Shown: in pieces, positions 31,020-43,742 of the stretch
How the letters are laid out: each line of letters starts with the position of its first letter
Numbering within the stretch: position 1 is the stretch's first letter
DNA from: Octopus bimaculoides
Taxonomy: Eukaryota
DNA: 64,000 bases
Assembly (NCBI RefSeq): GCF_001194135.2
Contig: NC_068986.1
Location: 72,229,798-72,293,797 of the forward strand
Reading direction: 5' to 3'
The notes under the pieces: generated by a model
What the model was told of the DNA's origin: nothing
Seen by the model: the letters and a program-made list of their open reading frames with translations, nothing else
Databases searched by the model: none
Position numbers and translations under genes: made by a program

Positions 31020-34000
31020 GTAAGTAAAATTCTATAGAACGTTAGACTAATGATAAAGTACTGTAAATATCTCAACAAATGATTACAATAATTAAGAAAC
31101 TCGTGAAAATTAGTATTTTGAATTTTTTGCCTCGTCGGCAATGACTCTTATAAAATGAGACTGATATAATTTGACTTGTGTAGCATTAAATGTATATTTA
31201 TTCTTCTATTATAGCATTAAAGAATTGGTATAAATGTATTTAGTGCAGTTCTTTTCTATTCTGTTGCCATACATTTCTGTCAGCGTTTCCATTTCTCATA
31301 TTTACCGGAAGAAGTTATCGGTTCAATTATAAATGCCAAATCTATTATTCAAAAGATGTAATGTTCAAATAACTGAATTGTTTATTTTTATTGGCATATA
31401 GATAATTATCTCTAATTCTTTATGATAATTATTTTATCTGCTTAAACTATATTAAATACATAAAACTCGTTGTTTTATGCCATCAATAGAATGATTTGTT
31501 TGTACAACTAAACAAAGGGCCTTTTTTTCCGGCAGCTGTCCACTGCAATATTACAATTCAAATGTCTCCCGGTAATATTACAATTTAATATTATATATAG
31601 CTAAGTTTGTTTTGATTCGTTAATAAAACATTTAAATTGTCATTCCTAAAAAGTATTATAATTCACCCCTCTTAATCTTCCAAACAGTTGAAAATTAAAG
31701 GCCTCAAATTATTTGCCGGACACAACAGGCTAATTAAGTACTACATTTGCCGGTGTAAAAGAGGCGCTTTTTTTCTTCTTTTTTTTCCATTTTCAAATGT
31801 ATCAAAAATTGCCTTGTGTATAATGCCGTACCCTAGGGAGCCAGGTAAACGGATGAAAGTAAAGAATACGTACACTCGGTGGTTAGAGTTAGGGTTTAGG
31901 ATTAGGGTTAAAGTTTTTGTTACACTGAAAACGGGTGGTGTATGTATTCTTTACCTCCGCCAGGTAAACGTAAGTTCGTAAGGCGACAATAATTGTTATT
32001 AATACTAAAATATTGTAAAGAAACGAAAATGTATCGTTCTGATAAACATGTAACAGTTGGGTTAATTAGTAAACAATAATGAGATGTCGGCGTCGTAATC
32101 TGTTTGTAAGGATTGGTTCTTCGTTGATTTCCATTATGTAAAGATGAAAGATAGTGATTGAAGTTGTAAAGAAAATATTTATTTACCCTTACATCGAATA
32201 TACCTTGCCTCGACAGGCAGGTGATAAAATCCTAGAACCTGTGAAGTAAAAAAGTTAATTTTGACCTGTGTGTTCTTATTGTAGTAGTAACTCATAGTGA
32301 GAGATATGGTAATGTGCAGAGAAGACAAAGTTAGTTAGTGAAAGTCAGAGAGTGTGGGAAGTTGGGTCTCATAGGTGCTGACAGTAAATTTCATTTCTCC
32401 ATTTGACCATTGTCTTTAGTAGCTGCCTTGCTTGTGGTCATGATTCTAGCATTCTGTTCCTTAACTCATGGTAGCTGTCTCTGATTCAAGTTGTCATTCA
32501 TTAACTAACCGATTGTCACAAGCCGACTAACTGATTTTTGCTTGGGGTTCTTGCTTTTATAACTATCCAGAAGGATAGACATATCATTGAAAACAATAAA
32601 TTTAGTTGGTGGTTTTTATTATCTTAATTCGAGCTTTTTTGTGGTCTAGGTGAGGTTAGAAAGGCCAAATGGTGAAGACATTATTTCGGCCTAGCTAAGG
32701 CATCTGGAAAATGTAAAACTGCCATCACAGAAAAAAAACCATTGTTCCACCGTGAGAAAAGTTCTGTTGAAGTGTTAATTTAAATTTGGCTATGGTGGAT
32801 CGAATCCACTTCATGCCTGCAAGATCCACTACAAACACATGAAAAATTGCTGATGCTATGTTGGCAGTTATACAAAGAGGTTTGGTCATCTCATTATATT
32901 TTCTTCCCCACTATACATAACCTACACCTGATGTGTCTTACATTATTTAATAACTCTGTTACCTTTAAGAAACATTTTTTAAATTATCCTAATGAAAGAA
33001 GATGGCAGGCATTTTAAGTTTTCATCCACCTGTCATCTATTTGCAATGAGTGGATGACAACAAAACCATAGCGATGGAGTGTCACCTTGGTGGTCAATTA
33101 CTTTAACATAAAGCATCACAGCCAAGATAGTTTATTTATGATAAATTTATGGTTTCATACTTTATTCTATTATACTGTCAGCATTGTATTTACATGTACA
33201 GAACCGTACATTCTCTTTCAAAACTACTTTAAAATATACTTCAATAAGTGTGTGATGAAACATACTTGTAAAATAGGGTTGTGTCTAATACGAGAGTTCC
33301 TGAAGAAACTGGCGAAGTGAAATACTTACGTTTCGGACATTTGTCTTTTGGAAACTGAGATTATGTTAGAAGTATCGCCTTGGTCATAATTGCCAACAAA
33401 GCCACTTCTATACAGTTGCTTGAATTACTAGAAATAAGCCGGATAACATTCTACCATCTTCAGAAAAAGAAGGAAGCATTTGTACAAAAATACTGGGTTG
33501 TTACTACTGAAACGTCATTGGTCAAGATTGTCCTGGAACTAAAAAAAAATTTTCTTTTTTTAAACTTGAAAATAATTGTCTTCATCTTAATACTAGGGAT
33601 TGCTTATTCATCAAAATTATGTATCCAACATTCATCATTCTATAATGTCTGTTCAGAAAATAATATTTTGAAAACATGGAATGCTTTTTCTTTTCTTTAT
33701 TTAACAATATATTGCTGACTTTTTTGTATTTGTTGGATCTATGGCAGTGGGTGGGGAGACTGCCAATAGCTTTTTTATGCCTTCATAGATTAGATAATAG
33801 TAATTACTGAGTTAGGTTTATGATCAGTATGAAAATTAATAGTTGGAGGGAATAAGTAGACAGGGAGGAAAACTCTAGGAGTGTGTGGTCACTGGGAAAA
33901 AGATTGACTAAAATGTTTTAGTTAAAGTGTCTAGTAGGAGTAATGAGAAGAAAAAGTGAGTTACTAACACTTTAGCATTCACATTACTCTCAAATATAAT

Positions 34001-37000
34001 GCTAATTAATACACATTGTTTTGAATTTATGATTCATTATCTCGTAGCTTCAAGGTTTTGATCATTTGATTGTTTATTTTTACAATGCTATTGTAGTGTA
34101 TGTGTGAAAGGCTGCCCTTGACCAGTTTAAACATAAAACAGGTAAAATATTCGAGCAGGTTTCAGCTAGATCATAAGAATAGATCTGATGAGAGAAGTAA
34201 GGTTACATACACACAGTATGTGTTGAAGGGGAACCTATCTGTTGTCTGCTTAAGATTGTGTGTGGTTGGAGTTAACAGTGATTATCATTAATGTAGAGAA
34301 GATAGGATTTTGGGGGTTAATTTACATCCTCACTAAATAAGAAGTCAAAGAAAGCTTCCATCTACTGCTCTGATAGAGTTACTTGAATGGAAAGCTTCTG
34401 TAATGAGATTTTGATGGAGCCTGTTGGCAGCTTTGCTTGAAGATTTTCATACCCACACAACTTAAAGTTTTGTTTTGTGGAGAGTAACGTTTTTATTTCA
34501 TCAGAGCTTTCGATGGCAAGAGAACACTAATTTGAAATATTGTAGGTTTTATAATGGATCTAGCTCTACTGGAACCTTATTTTTACTCAGTGAAGAAAGT
34601 GATACAAAGAAGCATTCACTGTTAAGAGTCTCAATCACTTTAGGAGTTGGATGTGTTGGTGATAGACCAGAAGTTGGTAGGATTGCACATACCTTGTTGA
34701 AGATAGGAAAAGGAATTAGGTTTCCATGTATATTTGTTGAAAGAGAAAGGTTATAGTTTATTGAAGGCAGGAGTCAACTAAGCAAATAGCTGTTTCAGGA
34801 TAATGATCAAGACTATGTAAGACCCTGTAGCCTTTCTTGGAGTTCAGCAAGCAAAGTTAGTTGTGGTCCTTAGGTCATAAAGATGATCGCAAGCTTGCAA
34901 TTTGTGTTCAATTCAAAAACACCTCTACCTCTTCGGATACTCTTGCATACAAATCTTACATGAAACTATTAAATGGTTATGGTTAAGTAATATCTTTTAG
35001 ATGTTATAATACATAAATTTAGCTTGTCTTGAATACACAACTTCCTGCAAATTATTTGGTTGAGGGTTGGATGTGAATTCAATTCATCATTTGTACATTT
35101 TTTCATTGTGTAATATATGAAAAATGGTAGTTATGAATTTGTGTCATACCCTGCCTCTGAATTTTGAATGGCTTTGTCAGATGAGAAGGTTAGTACCTTT
35201 GATCTTTTCAGAGCCTCTGAGACAGGTAGGAAACAATTCTCAAACCAGTGACTTGATCTGAAGGTTTGCAATACGTTATTGGACTGCATTACAAGCATCC
35301 AGGGACGAAGTAGTGAGGTTTAACTGAGTGACAGTCTTACCAGTCATAAGAAATACAAATAGTTAGATTAGACAAAGTTACTGAAATAATTCGTTGACTA
35401 TCCTATTTTAGTGCTGCCACCAATATGAATAATGTTGAGATGTTTTTAATTTACTTTTCAAAATTTCTGATATAATTTGAAAAAAACTGATTATGATACT
35501 TATAATGCATTTATGTCTTGGTCTCATATCAAATTATGCTCATAACTTTTTCATATACTTAAATTACTTAAAATTCCATATAAGTGTTGTATATTTAAGA
35601 CTAAGGACTAAACTCAGCACAAAAATGCTAATTGATTCCTTTTTCATTTGGTTTTCAGCTATTGGAAGACTTTGTGAAAAATGTAAGTAATTTAAATTCT
35701 TTCTAATTTTTATTTGAATTTCTGGAAGAGTAGGGAAGAATTGGGATCATAGAGACTATTTTGATTGTAATAAAAAGGGAAGGCATAGCAGACTAAGGGT
35801 TTCTGTTTCTGTAAAGTAAGTGATTATATGCCACCTTTATTTTTCTGCTTACCACTTCATGTTTCATTCTCTAGATCCTGCATGAACCATTTCCCAGAAC
35901 AGTACTATACTTAAAATCATTCCTTTCACTCAAGGCTAATCCAGTTAATCTTAACCTGTCTGAACAGCTTATAGCTTTTGACATTCACCAATTTTCTTTA
36001 TCATCATCATCATTTAGTGTCTGCTTTCCATGCTGGCATGGGTTAGATGATTTGACTAGAACTGGTGAGCCAGAGAGCTGTACCCAGCTCCAGTCTGGTT
36101 TGACTTGGTTTCTACGACTGGCTGCCCTTCCCAGAGTGTAGTGGGTGCTTTTTATTTGTCACCAGCACTGGCCACATCTACAGTTTCACTTGACTTGATG
36201 TGTCTTCTCAAGCACAGTAAATCACCAAAGGTCTCGATCACTTGTCATTGCCTCCATGAGACTCAACATCCAAAGATTATGCTTCACCACCTCGTCCCAT
36301 CTCTTCTGGGTCTACCTTTTCCACAGGTTCCCTCTACAGTTAGAGATTAACACTTCTTTATACAGCTGTCCTTGTCCATCTGTTGATTTATTGATAACAT
36401 TCACAAATTGATCAATATTCTCTAGAACAATAGTTCATAGTTAAAAAATTTAGTCAACCCTTTGTTTAACATTTTGAAAAAAAAATTTTTTTTTTCTTCA
36501 ATAGTGAGAAGGAAAAAAAGTAATGTACTCATGGCATTTTTCAAAGTCTTAGATTAGTGGGAGGAAGATATCCTCTGGCTGAGGGCCTGGCCCAAATGCT
36601 TGCAACAAGAGTGAACTCTATTAAAGGCATCCAAGGGCTAGGTGGTGGTGTTAGATTGGATGATAGATTAAGATTACTGAATTTCACTCACAAAGCTTTG
36701 AGTGATCTGAACCTATGGTAGAAGACAATTGCCCAAAGTTCTATAGAATGGTATTGAATCCAAAATCATGTGGTTGCATAACAAATTTCTTATCATGTAG
36801 TCATACTTAATGTTGATGTCTCTACACTTACAATGATGAATGTTATTTTCATCTGGTGTGTTGGAATTTTAACTTCTTGAATAATCCTGTTATTGGCGCA
36901 TCATTAACTTGTGTGTGTGTATTTTAGTTTTACATAAAAGTCTACAGAGAAGTTTTTTGTAATATAATATTGCAAAATTTTTTTTTCAAAGCTGGTGTGT

Positions 37001-37579
37001 TGCCTGTAAACTTATGACAAGTCACTACCATTTACTGTTCTACACTAAAGAAGAGTGAACTATTTTTCTAAGAATTTCATGAAAAGATTGCTTCTTTCTT
37101 TTTAGCAAAAAATTAGTCAGACTGCCAGATAATAAAACAAGTTAGGTTGTAAGAATTACAACTAATAGACTTCTGAGGTAACTCTTCATGTCATAAATCT
37201 GATTGCTTCAGAAAACGTTGCTGGAACAAACCCTAACATTTATAGATAATGTAATATTTTTTAGGGATGTACATATGTAGTTATTCGTGAACAGTGTTAT
37301 TTAAAGTTAGACAGTTTTAACACTTAAACCATCTGTATCCAGCTCAAATATTCTGCTGGTTTTATATTCAAATGACCAGGCTGACAGCATAGTGTATTTC
37401 ATGTAAAAGATACAGAAGAACAGCTAGCAGTAAGAGCAACCAAGAAATGATGTCTTTCAGTTATTCAGGCTCATTAGAAGTAGTTGATAGCTTCAGTAGC
37501 ATTTGAAAAGAATTGTAGCAAGAGCAAGAATGACATGGAACAAGTTCAGGAAGCTCTCACCTCTGTTGACAACAAATAG

Positions 37580-37623
<44 letters not shown>

Positions 37624-40600
37624 AAGGCAGACTGTATGATGTACATGACATGGTATGCTCTGAGCATAGAAGATACGTGAAAGCTGGTAAGAAATGAGGC
37701 AAGCATGCTTTGCTGGGTGAGTAATGTCAGTATGCATCAGCAACAGAGCATAAGTTTTCTGAGAGAAAATTTGAGCATCAGAGGCTTCTGCCATAGTCTA
37801 CAAAAGAGAAGAGTGTAATGGTAATGTATATAAAGAATGATAGTTGAGTGAAAAAATGTAAAATAATGCAGATTGGAGGAGCCTGCGAAAAAAAAAAAAA
37901 AGGAAAACTGAAGAAAGATCTGAATAGACGTGATTAGGGTTGATCTTAGAAGATTGAACCTCACAAAGGGTATGATGAAAGACTGCAACAAGTGGAACAG
38001 ACATTGTGTTAAAACCAACCAACCTATCCAACCCATGCCAACATGGAAAAGTGAGCATAAAATATTGTTTTCAAATTTTGGCACAAAACTAGCAATTTCA
38101 GGCGAACGTGTAAGTCGATTGCATCGACCCCAGTGTTCAACTGATACATATTTTATCAACCCCGAAAGGATGAAAGGCAAAGTCAACCTCAGCGGAATTT
38201 GAATTCAGAATGTAAATTTGGAAGAAACACTACTAAGCAGTTTTCTGGCATGGTACCGATTCTGCCAGCTTGCTGCCTTTCAAGTGGGCATAAAATATTG
38301 ATGCTAGAATATTTGAATTATGGTTATTAGTTTTCTTTAATTGTTAAATAACAATTTAAAATGAAATTTGACTGGCAACTGTTGGTGCTGCCATCTATGG
38401 TTACTTTCAGAGTTAGAGGTGGAGAGAAAGAGTGTTTGCTAAGAAATAGAAGGGAGGGAGAAATTTCCCTCAAGGGGAGAGAACCGCTCTGGTCTCTTTT
38501 TTTTTGCTTTATTATTATGCAATGACTTTTTCTTATGAATGAGAGAACATATGAAAGGACATTTCCATGTAATTCATTTTTTTCCTCGTTTTGGATGTCC
38601 TAGTTTAAAATGATTTAACTCTTAAAGTCATTTACATGGTTCTCTTTTGCTTCTTTTGTTCTATTATTTTGAGAAACATTCTTTCTTTAATGTGAAAACT
38701 TAAATTTATGTAAAGTTCTTTTTTTTTTATTTAAGGTGATGGTAAATGTGTAATATGTGATTCTTATGTTCGACCATGCACATTGGTGCGTATCTGTGAT
38801 GAATGCAATTATGGTTCATATCAAGGACGTTGTGTCATTTGTGGGGGACCAGGTGTATCTGACGCTTATTACTGCAAAGAATGTACCATCATGGAAAAAG
38901 ATGTAAGTACATTTTTATACTTAATGTTTTAAATATTATTATTATATAAACTAAAAGAATTCAAACAAGTTTGTAAGATAGTCATTCTCCAATTTGCATT
39001 ATCTGGTTGTTTCTGCTATTTTCTCGTTTTTTTTTTGTTTTTGTTTTTTTATAGTTCCCTTGAAGCCAATCTGTCCATCACATTCACTCTGTATATTTAC
39101 ATTCATTTTGTTCCTGAAGACCCACCCACCACAACAGAATTGAAATCCTAAAACCAAGGTGTCATGTAAAAAGCATTGGTATGGGTGGGCGCTGGTGCCA
39201 CATAAAAAGCACTGGTGCTAGTGTCACGTAAAAAGCATCCAGTACACTGTAAAGTGGTTAGCATTAGGAAGGGCATCCAGCCATAGAAACCAAGCCAAAA
39301 CAGACTGGTGCCAAGCCGTCTAATGTATGTCAGCATGGAAAACAGGTGTTAAATGTTGACGATGATGGTTACTCTTTGAGCATCATTACTGCTTTTTTTA
39401 TGAAGAAAATCTCATGAGATTTTACCTATTAGCACTAGTACTCTACTGAGTTATGGAGCTAGATAGTTAAATTGCTTAAAAATGACGTGTTCAATTATTT
39501 AATTACCTATGATAAATTATTTAGTATATTGATGGTATTTCATCAACCTTGTTGCCTTTTGTTGTAAGCCGTTTACCTAATCAGGTCCTGCAGTATCAGT
39601 CCACAAATTCAAACATTCTGTACCTCTAGGCATTGTTCGCTTACACCTAATTAGATCATGTCAATAAAAAGAAGTTAAAGTCTATCTCAAACTGACCAGC
39701 TTATTTGGTTGGAGCTTATCTCAATTCTTAAGCTTTATAAGCGACTGAGAATGCATGACCCCTCACTAAATAAGATGCCATTCCATCACAAGGTTAGACT
39801 CCTGTTATTGCTGATACTCATTTTCAGCTGAGTAAACTTGAGCACCTTGAAATGAAATGCCTTGCTCAAAAACTCATCATGCTACTTAGTCTTGGAATTG
39901 AACCATGACATTATGATCATGAGCTCATTAGGCTATATACCCTCAGACTAAAGTTAAACTTTAGTTCTGTGTTAGGTTTTCTACAAGTAAAAATAGCTTG
40001 CTGTTCTTCTTTTGAATTCATCAATTTATTTATAGGTGCAGATAAGGCCATCTTAGTAACCTTATAGGACCCTGGATAAATCAAAACACTAGGTCCTATA
40101 ATATTTACTTTTTGACAGTAAACCACTGCATACATAGAGGTCCCTGGCCAACTGCCCAGTACACCCATTCTGTAAGTAGCACAGAGTTCTGGTGTGGCTG
40201 GCCAAAACCTTCAGTTGCTGAAAAAGTCCATTGTGTATATACATGTGTGATGTCAATGTCTCCTTGTCATGATATTATACAATAGTTGTAAACAAGTGTC
40301 ACTGTCATAAATCAGTGTCCTTCATTTCCAATCTTTTGTGAAAATATATTCAACCATTGGGAATGGGGGAATATTACCTTACTTGAAATCTGGTGTGGGT
40401 TGGCGATACAAAGGGCATCTGGCTATAGAAAATCTGACTCAACGAATTTACTCTTGCCCATGCAATTATGAAAAAGTGACATTAAAATGATGATGATTGT
40501 AATGCTCACACAATATTATATTCCTATACACAGAGTATTAACAAACTAGGGAGCATCATACTGCTTGTTGCTGTTTGAGAGAAGTAGATGGTGATATTGA

Positions 40601-41256
40601 CATTACAAACAATTAATCTGCACTTTTGAAGACTTTTGGAGAAAGAAATCCTTTCTTTGAAAAACACATAAGGGGTGGTGACAGGAAGACTATCAGACAA
40701 AATTTGTTTAGGCAGATTTTCTATAGCCTAATGCACTTCTTGATGCTAACCTTCACCTGTTTCCAAGTGAGGTCATCATTCTCCATGTTTTCATAGAAAG
40801 CTGGAAATGAATGATACCACTTGAAGGCAACACTTGCTTACAACCACCACGAGATGTCAGGTCAAGGCGATATAAACACACACGTAGATGGACACATACA
40901 CTCACATGCACACACACACTTATAACTTGCCCTGTAGAAACTTTTTGTGGACAAAATAGACACATTGTTAAAGATGTCAAATATTTTCATTGTTTTTTGT
41001 CTTGATGAAAAAACATATCTAGCTTTTGTTTTTTAAATGTGTCAACGAAAACAAAGGCTAGATATGTTTTTTTAATGATGCCTTCCATGTGTAAAAGTAT
41101 TCTTCATATCATCATATTACTGATTTTTTTTTAATCAGTATTTTTTCAATATTTATCTTTTTCTAGAGAGATGGCTGCCCCAAAATTGTGAATCTTGGAA
41201 GTGCAAAGACAGATCTTTTCTATGAAAGAAAAAAATATGGGTTTAAGAAAAGATAG
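30968..41256 (+). CDS. PHF5A: PHD finger-like domain protein 5A (SF3b14b/Rds3), U2 snRNP SF3b subunit, 4 exons, 110 aa
   Basis: join(30968-31019, 35659-35682, 38736-38902, 41167-41256) = 333 nt, giving [110 protein letters not shown]. All introns GT-AG. Confidence 0.97.
31690..32235 (+). mobile_element. Non-autonomous Helitron-like element in PHF5A intron 1
   Basis: 3' hairpin ACCTTGCCT-CGAC-AGGCAGGT (32202-32222) followed 9 nt later by CTAG (32232-32235); internal IR/DR and (TTAGGG)-like tract. The 5' boundary is uncertain, and the base after CTAG is A rather than the usual T. Confidence 0.45.
35659..35682 (+). CDS. PHF5A: PHF5A exon 2, 24-nt microexon (AIGRLCEK)
   Basis: TTTTCAG acceptor, GTAAGT donor; needed to complete the protein. 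Confidence 0.95.
36000..36385 (-). mobile_element. RTE/SINE 3' tail
   Basis: (TCA)n-TTTAGTGTCTGCTTTCCATGCTGGCATGGG. Confidence 0.75.
37500..38050 (+). mobile_element. RTE LINE 3' fragment interrupted by (CT)n
   Basis: [26 protein letters not shown] matches the RTE ORF2 C-terminus seen at 55850. Confidence 0.75.
38070..38280 (-). mobile_element. tRNA-derived SINE (family C)
   Basis: ATCAACCCCGAAAGGATGAAAGGCAAAGTCAACCTCAGCGGAATTTGAA. Confidence 0.75.
38736..38902 (+). CDS. PHF5A: PHF5A exon 3 ([11 protein letters not shown]...TIMEKD)
   Basis: 167 nt; long poly-T acceptor TTAAG, GTAAGT donor. Confidence 0.97.
39170..39366 (+). mobile_element. RTE/SINE 3' tail
   Basis: AAAAGCATCCAGTACACTGTAAAGTGGTTAGCATTAGGAAGGGCATCCAGCC. 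Confidence 0.75.
41167..41256 (+). CDS. PHF5A: PHF5A exon 4 ([11 protein letters not shown]...KKYGFKKR*)
   Basis: 90 nt; TTCTAG acceptor, TAG stop. Confidence 0.97.
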   Translation, partial: RDGCPKIVNLGSAKTDLFYERKKYGFKKR

Positions 41257-41309
41257 GACTTATATTTTTTTATTTTATCATTATTCATAATTATTTTTTT
41301 CTCATTGTC

Positions 41310-41315
41310 AATAAA
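41310..41315 (+). terminator. Candidate PHF5A polyadenylation signal AATAAA
   Basis: 53 nt after the stop, followed by a U-rich tract. Confidence 0.5.
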
Positions 41316-42039
41316 AATGAACATTTTTTACATATTTGTTCTTTTCTTTATTTGATATAAGATGGAAGTACTTTATTTGTAATGGTAGACAAGGAATGTT
41401 ACAAAGAATTAATAGAGTCTAGATTCAGTCATATTTCCTTTGTCTGTGCATCATATATGATACACATTCCCAATTTTCTCAACCACCAGAGTAACTTGGA
41501 ACTTATGAAAAGAAAACTTTATATTACTCAGGATGTTTGAAACAAGAGCTAACTAAAAATCTGAAAACAAGCATGGACAATGCTTTGGACAGGCAAAGGG
41601 TTAAGAACATTCCTGTGTAAAAAACATTGGATGAGTTTTATAGTGCTATTTTTAACTACAGTGCTAAATGTTGAGTGATTTCTGCAATCTGGTTTTGTTA
41701 CCTCTGTTTTCAGTTGAAATTCTGCTGATGTTAACTCTGATTCCTTCACAGTAGATAACATGCAGTGTAAGAGTAATACAACTTCGGGAATAAGGTATTT
41801 AACTTGCTGCTCACGGGTCACTAATTCAAAATTGCTGTGTTTTTATGTAGGATATTTTATCTCTCATTGCTTCAATTCACTTAACTATGGTAGGGAAACA
41901 GGTACCAGTTCCAATTATTATTATATAATATTAGATCAAACAATTCATCTCATCTATCACAAACATGAGAGAAAGGTAAGTACCTTTTTTTTAACAAACT
42001 GTGGTCATTTATAACAACTGGTTCCACTATTTTCAAAAT

Positions 42040-42990
42040 ATAAATTTGTGGAAGCAGTATTGTCACTTTCAACATCAGCAAAGCCTTTATAACTGTGTTA
42101 GGCATACAAATCTCTTATCAAAACTTTTTAGCTATAGGTGCTACTCATCTCTCATGTCTTGGATCTGAACCTTCCTATCTATTGCAGTAGGTGTTGACAG
42201 ACCCCTTTCTGCACTATTCTCATCCCTAGGTTTCACTTTTATACCCCAAGTTCTTTCTTTTGCATATCAGTGACTTGTTTTCTGCCACATCCAATAATGC
42301 TCACTCTTATGCAGATGACATAAGCTTTCATGCCTCTCAAACTTTCTTCACCTATGCATTATTCACAAGCAACCAGATGCCATATATTGTAACTGCACTG
42401 AATCTATAAATGGAGACCTTGAGAGACTTCTTCATTGTTGCAATGCCAACCTTATTTCTTTTAACTGTAAGAAAAAAAGTTCAAGAAAACACCACTGCAC
42501 CACACCCCTACAGAACCTTTACAGTTACTCCAAATGTTGGACCCCACTGTCACCAAGAATCTCTTCTGGCAAAAGTATATCCTTAGCTTAGCTAGGACTG
42601 CATCCCTAAGACTGGCCCATCAAGGCCATAAAATATTTTAGCCCCCAACAGCTGCTGGCTGACACTCTACAAGGTACAGGTGAGGCCTACAATGGTGTAC
42701 TGCTTCTATATATTGGATGGTATTGCTACTTCTCACACATGTCCTGGACTGCATCTAGAGTAGAGCCACTTAACTAATTAATACTCCAGTGAGTCTGGTC
42801 CACTACTTACTTGTCCCCTGTTTTTGCTATTGCTAGCCTCTGAGCGCTTCCAGTCCATTTGTCTTTTCACCTCTCATCACTCTTACACTAATTACTATTC
42901 TCAGTACTTTCTCTGCAGAACACAGCTTCTGGAATCTTAACCTGCTTTTGTCATTCCTGCAGTTGTTGACCTACAACAGTTAAACAACAT
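42040..42990 (+). mobile_element. Degenerate LINE RT relic (Jockey/CR1/L2-like)
   Basis: Frame-broken IVTFNISKAF, LLSKLFSYRCY..SWI..FLS and HSYADD. Confidence 0.65.
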
Positions 42991-43664
42991 TAACAGCACC
43001 AATCTCACTGGTCTTGGAGTATCTGCAAAGGTCATGGGCAATACCCTTTCCTTCACACTTTAGGAAAATGGCAAAAGAAATCATTTTATACATGGGATGT
43101 TCTATTATGAGTTATAGAGGACAAACTAGCAGTTAAATTACATACAACTAATTTATTTCTTGATTAAGCTTATCCAGGTTCATTATTCTCTTCTTTTATG
43201 TGATTGGTGATAACTTTTACAATTAATTTTTTTCAGAAAACTTCAAAAATAAATTTGAATAGCAAACAAATATTGGCAGGGAAATGTAATATTTCTAATT
43301 TCATGTTCAAATTATTTTGCATTTATTCAGTAATATTCTAATGATATACATGTCCCCTCCTCACAGTTCTCATCAGTGCAGTTTCGAATTTTAAGCTTGT
43401 AGGAGAGTTATAGTTGAGCCATAATCATCATCATTTAACCCTCACTTTTCCATGCTAGCGTGGGTTCAGACAAAACTTACTGAGGTAGATTTTCTACAGG
43501 GCAGATGCCCTTCCTTGTTGCCAACCCTCACTTATTTCCAAGAAAGGTATTTACCCATAGCTAGGCCTGATTTTCACAGAAGACTGGAAACAGAGTCTTG
43601 CTTGTATGATGATGCTTGTTTACAACTGTCACCTGACATTTAGACAGTTGTACACATATACATG

Positions 43665-43698
<34 letters not shown>

Positions 43699-43708
43699 NN
43701 NNNNNNNN

Positions 43709-43741
<33 letters not shown>

Positions 43742-43742
<1 letters not shown>

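Noticed and set aside
32200-32275. Hairpin plus CAG|GTGAT plus AATTTTGA resembling a spliced-leader or Sm-class RNA
   Set aside because: Better explained as a Helitron-type 3' hairpin plus CTAG. It matches no U snRNA I know, the Sm site is non-canonical, and SL trans-splicing is not established in molluscs.
12570-41166. Possible U12-type or non-canonical introns in the two RNA-processing genes
   Set aside because: All 15 introns are GT-AG and none has the GTATCCT U12 donor.
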